Part shown: one piece after another, positions 60,616-64,000 of the stretch
How positions within the stretch are numbered: the first letter of the stretch is position 1
Layout of the letters: every line of letters starts with the position of its first letter
Source of the DNA: Alphaproteobacteria bacterium
GTDB taxonomy: Bacteria; Pseudomonadota; Alphaproteobacteria; SP197
Direction: 5' to 3'
Length of the DNA stretch: 64,000 bases
Assembly: GCA_965228895.1 (NCBI GenBank)
Contig: OZ245842.1
Location: forward strand, 4,032,001-4,096,000
The notes under the pieces: model-generated
What the model saw: only the letters and a program-made list of their open reading frames with translations
Database searches by the model: none
What the model was told of the DNA's origin: nothing
Program-made: the position numbers and the translations under genes

Positions 60616-61404
60616 TTAAGGGCGTCGTGCGTCGATATGGAGGTGCAAAGCGCCTCGCGCCTCCAGGGCTTCGGCGCGCAGGGCGCTCAGCTTCACCCGC
60701 ACGTTGAAATAGTCCTCACCCAGGGCCTCGCGCACATGACGGCCCTCGTCGCTGGTCGCGAAAGCGTGCTCGCGCCGCGCCACCTCGGCCGAATTGGCGG
60801 TGTGGTCCTTGATCGCCACGTCCACAAACCCGGCATCGGCCAGCGCTGCCTCATAGGCCGGCCGACCCTCATAGTGGAAACTCAGACCGAACGTCTTCAG
60901 CATACCCACCCAATCCGCGAACAGCGCGGCAGCTTTGCCATCGGCCTCGCCATCCAGAAAATCGGCGCACAGGAAGCGGCCACCGGGTTTTAGGACGCGG
61001 AAGACGTCGGCGAACAACGCCGGTTTGTCGGCGACATGGCAGATCACGTCCTTGGTAAAGACGATGTCGACAGAGCCGTCAGGCGCCGGCAGCGCACCGG
61101 GCACCATGTGCACGAAGTCTACGCGATCGCCCAGGCCGGCCTCCTGGGCCGCGACCGTGGCGCGTGCAATGGAGTCGGCCTCGATGTCGACGCCGATCAC
61201 GTGCTTGGCGCCGAAGGCATCGGCCAGCATCAAGGCCGCGCCGCCAATGCCGCAGCCAAGATCCAGGACGTCGAGCCCGGCGATGTCGACGCCTTCCAGA
61301 ATCTCCACCACCTCCGGTGCGGCGCCCGGTGACAGGAAACCCTTGCCATAGACCATCTGCATCCCGGCGATCACACGGTCACTGTACTGGCTCTGAAACG
61401 ACAT
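60616..61404 (-). CDS. SAM-dependent N-methyltransferase (phosphoethanolamine/sarcosine-dimethylglycine type)
   Basis: YGKGFLSPG, VLDLGCGIGG, KDVICH, RVLKPGG. Confidence 0.85.
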   Translation of the reverse strand: MSFQSQYSDRVIAGMQMVYGKGFLSPGAAPEVVEILEGVDIAGLDVLDLGCGIGGAALMLADAFGAKHVIGVDIEADSIARATVAAQEAGLGDRVDFVHMVPGALPAPDGSVDIVFTKDVICHVADKPALFADVFRVLKPGGRFLCADFLDGEADGKAAALFADWVGMLKTFGLSFHYEGRPAYEAALADAGFVDVAIKDHTANSAEVARREHAFATSDEGRHVREALGEDYFNVRVKLSALRAEALEARGALHLHIDARRP

Positions 61405-61484
61405 ACCCGCTGTTCTCCCGACGCCATGCATGACTCTGATCTGAGACGCGCTAATCTATCGCCCAATCCAGGGAGGCTCATACC

Positions 61485-63290
61485 ATGGTGATGTCACGTC
61501 CGGAAATCGTTGGCACCTTCGGTGTCGTCACCTCGACACACTGGCTGGCCAGCGCCGCCGGCATGGCGATGCTTGAGAAAGGCGGCAACGCGTTCGATGC
61601 CGCCGTCGCCGTGGGCTGCGTTCTGCACATTGTTGAACCCGAACAGAACGGTCCGGGCGGCGATTGCCCGCTCATCCTGTGGAGCGCGACGAAGGAGAAG
61701 GTCGAGGTGATCTGCGGTCAGGGCGTGGCACCCCGGGCGATCTCCAGCGGTGCGTTGCGCGATATGGGCCTCGACGTCATGCCCGGCGTCGGTCACCTGC
61801 CGGCGGTCGTTCCCGGCAGCTTCGGCGCCTGGATGCGCCTGCTGCACGACTATGGCTCGCTCACGGTACGTGACGTCCTGGAACCGGCGATAACGGCCGC
61901 GCGCGACGGTTTTCTGATGAAACCCGGTGTCGCCAACGTCATCGCACGGTCCGGCGGCTTCATGAAGCAGTACTGGCCGAGCTCGGCGGAGGTCTACCTG
62001 GTCAACGGCGAAGCGCCGGAGGCCGGCGGCCTCTACAGCCTGCCCGCCCAGGGCGACACCTATGCCCGTATCGTTGAAGAGGCGGAAGCCGCAGGCAGCG
62101 ACCGTGAAGCGCAGGTCGAAGCGGCGCGGCGCGCCTGGTACGAGGGGTTTGTCGCCGAAGCCATCGACCAGTTCATGCGCGAACCGGTGATGGACACCTC
62201 CGGCGAAAGCCACAGCGGCTACATGACCGGCGACGATTTGGCCGGGTGGCGCGCCGAGGTCGAGGAGCCCGTCACCTACGACTACGGCGACTACAAAGTC
62301 TGCAAGGCCGGGCCCTGGGCGCAGAGCCCGATCTTCCTGCAGCAATTGGCACTGCTCAAAGACTATGACCTTCAGGCCATGGATCCGGTGGGACCGGAGT
62401 TCATCCATACGGTCCAGGAATGCGCTAAACTCGCGATCGCCGACCGCGAGGCCTTCTATGGCGATCCGAAATTTGTCGACGTGCCGCTCGCCGAACTCCT
62501 GTCCGACGACTACAACGCCGAGCGGCGCAAGCTGGTCGGCGAGGACGCCCGTCTCGACCTGCCGCCGGGCCACATCGACGGTTATGGCGGCGAGGTGCGG
62601 CTGAGGGCGCACGGCTCGACCAACGTCGCCCATCACGAGATGACCATGGAAGGTGAAGGCGGTGAACAGAAGAACCCTGACTGGGCGCAGTTCATCGCCG
62701 AAAACCACGGCGATACCTGCCATTTCGACATCATCGACCGCTGGGGCAACATGATTTCGGGCACGCCGAGCGGCGGCTGGCTTTCCGGCTCGCCGGTGGT
62801 CCCCGGTCTGGGTTTCCCCGTGTCCGTGCGCGGCCAGATGTTCTGGCTCGACGACGATCATCCCAACGGCCTGGCGCCCGGCAAACGTCCGCGCACCACG
62901 CTGACACCGACGCTGGCGCTGCACAACGACGAGCCCTATCTGGTGTTTGGCACACCCGGCGGCGACCAGCAGGATCAGTGGGCGCTGCACGCCTTCCTGC
63001 GCCATGTGCACCATGGCATGAACCTGCAGGAAGCCTGCGACGCCCCCTCGTTCTACACCGACCACGTGCCCAGCTCGTTCTATCCGCGCGAATGGCTGCC
63101 GGGTCATCTGGCCGTCGAAAGCGACCTGCCACGCGGTACCATGGCCGAGCTCGACCGCCGTGGGCACAAGCTGGAGATCTTCGGCAAGTGGGGCCACTAC
63201 AACTCGATCACCATGGCGTCCAAACGCGGCAAGACGCTGCGCGCCGGCGCCAGCCCCCGCCGCGAGCAATGCTATGCGATAGGCCGGTGA
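61485..63290 (+). CDS. Gamma-glutamyltransferase family protein
   Basis: GGNAFDAAVA, VPGSFGAW, DTCHF Thr nucleophile, PGKRPRTTL, GTPGGDQQ. Confidence 0.93.
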   Translation: MVMSRPEIVGTFGVVTSTHWLASAAGMAMLEKGGNAFDAAVAVGCVLHIVEPEQNGPGGDCPLILWSATKEKVEVICGQGVAPRAISSGALRDMGLDVMPGVGHLPAVVPGSFGAWMRLLHDYGSLTVRDVLEPAITAARDGFLMKPGVANVIARSGGFMKQYWPSSAEVYLVNGEAPEAGGLYSLPAQGDTYARIVEEAEAAGSDREAQVEAARRAWYEGFVAEAIDQFMREPVMDTSGESHSGYMTGDDLAGWRAEVEEPVTYDYGDYKVCKAGPWAQSPIFLQQLALLKDYDLQAMDPVGPEFIHTVQECAKLAIADREAFYGDPKFVDVPLAELLSDDYNAERRKLVGEDARLDLPPGHIDGYGGEVRLRAHGSTNVAHHEMTMEGEGGEQKNPDWAQFIAENHGDTCHFDIIDRWGNMISGTPSGGWLSGSPVVPGLGFPVSVRGQMFWLDDDHPNGLAPGKRPRTTLTPTLALHNDEPYLVFGTPGGDQQDQWALHAFLRHVHHGMNLQEACDAPSFYTDHVPSSFYPREWLPGHLAVESDLPRGTMAELDRRGHKLEIFGKWGHYNSITMASKRGKTLRAGASPRREQCYAIGR

Positions 63291-63335
63291 AACGCGGCCG
63301 CGCGTAGGAAACGGCGCGCGCCGCCGTTGAAAGAC

Positions 63336-64000
63336 ATGGCCAAGCGTTTCTTCAACCTGCTGGCGGCGGCCTTGACGCTGGCTGCTGCACTCCTGCGGGC
63401 AGGGCTGGCCCAGGCCGACACTCTGGAGCATGGCGGCCTCGAACGTGCCTTTGAGGTCTATGTGCCCGACGGCATCGCCATGCCGGCACCGGCCGTCGTG
63501 TTGCTCCACGGCGGTGGTGGTTCGGGTAAGCAGTTGCGCCGGCACACCGACTTCAACGATCTGGCCGACGAGGCCGGCTTTATCGTCATCTATCCCGAAG
63601 GCATCGACGGCCACTGGAACGACGGACGCGACGATCCCTGGCTCGACAGTCAGGCGGCGGCGCAACACGACGACGTCGGTTTCATTACCGCCATGCTGGA
63701 CCGTCTTATCGCTGACGGCCTGATCGACCCACAGCGCGTCGGCGTTGCCGGCATATCGAACGGCGGCATGATGACGCAGCGCCTGGCCTGCGAAACACCC
63801 GAACGGTTCATCGGTTTCGCGGTCGTCGCCGCGAACATCGCGGTCGGCCAGGAATGCCCTGGCGGTAGACCAGCGCCGATGCTGTTCATCCATGGCAGCA
63901 ACGATCGGCTGGTTCCCTATGACGGCGGTCCCATCGGCCTTCCCGGCGGCAAGGCGCGCGGCACCGCCTGGTCGGTACGGGATACGCTGGATGCCTGGGC
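63336..64000 (+). CDS. Secreted PHB-depolymerase/LpqC-like esterase (partial, runs off the window; absent from the ORF track)
   Basis: Manual translation: MAKRFFNLL signal peptide, LLHGGGG, YPEG, DDVGFI, GISNGG, IHGSND. Confidence 0.88.
   Translation, partial: MAKRFFNLLAAALTLAAALLRAGLAQADTLEHGGLERAFEVYVPDGIAMPAPAVVLLHGGGGSGKQLRRHTDFNDLADEAGFIVIYPEGIDGHWNDGRDDPWLDSQAAAQHDDVGFITAMLDRLIADGLIDPQRVGVAGISNGGMMTQRLACETPERFIGFAVVAANIAVGQECPGGRPAPMLFIHGSNDRLVPYDGGPIGLPGGKARGTAWSVRDTLDAW

Noticed and set aside
47176-63290. Oxoprolinase plus GGT as a gamma-glutamyl-cycle cluster
   Set aside because: They are over 10 kb apart with unrelated genes between, so there is no evidence of linkage.
61494-63893. 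799-aa antisense ORF over GGT and the esterase
   Set aside because: Shadow ORF typical of high-GC codon bias; no motifs, and the opposite strand has clear genes.

Overview
A high-GC alphaproteobacterial chromosome segment, probably Rhodospirillales-like (inferred from GcrA, a PleC/DivJ-type kinase, Cys-less L31 and the argD-argF-hslO order). It holds about 57 CDS and one tRNA-Gly(CCC). I found no integrase, transposase, phage genes or CRISPR array. Most genes are housekeeping or metabolic: suhB, a polyamine ABC transporter with a LuxR regulator, rpmE, rlmD, greA, gcrA, an oxalate-CoA ligase/PanE2-like pair, apaG, folE, trkH, argE/D/F, hslO, 5-oxoprolinase, mlaA/mlaC and GGT. Four things stand out. 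(1) A coupled CBS-DUF294 nucleotidyltransferase plus a membrane-anchored PAS-DEDDh nuclease, divergent from a sodium:solute symporter, small membrane proteins and a TPR protein; this is a candidate writer/eraser nucleotide-signalling system. (2) A non-flagellar, ZorAB-like MotA/MotB ion-motor pair with a very long coiled-coil stalk and a third, degenerate OmpA-domain protein. (3) A cell-cycle-type kinase with three tandem insertion-bearing PAS repeats upstream of gcrA. (4) Three families of short palindromic elements, one of which supplies the N-terminus of an ABC permease and carries clustered GANTC and TTAACCAT motifs. All product calls come from motif recognition only; no database searches were run.
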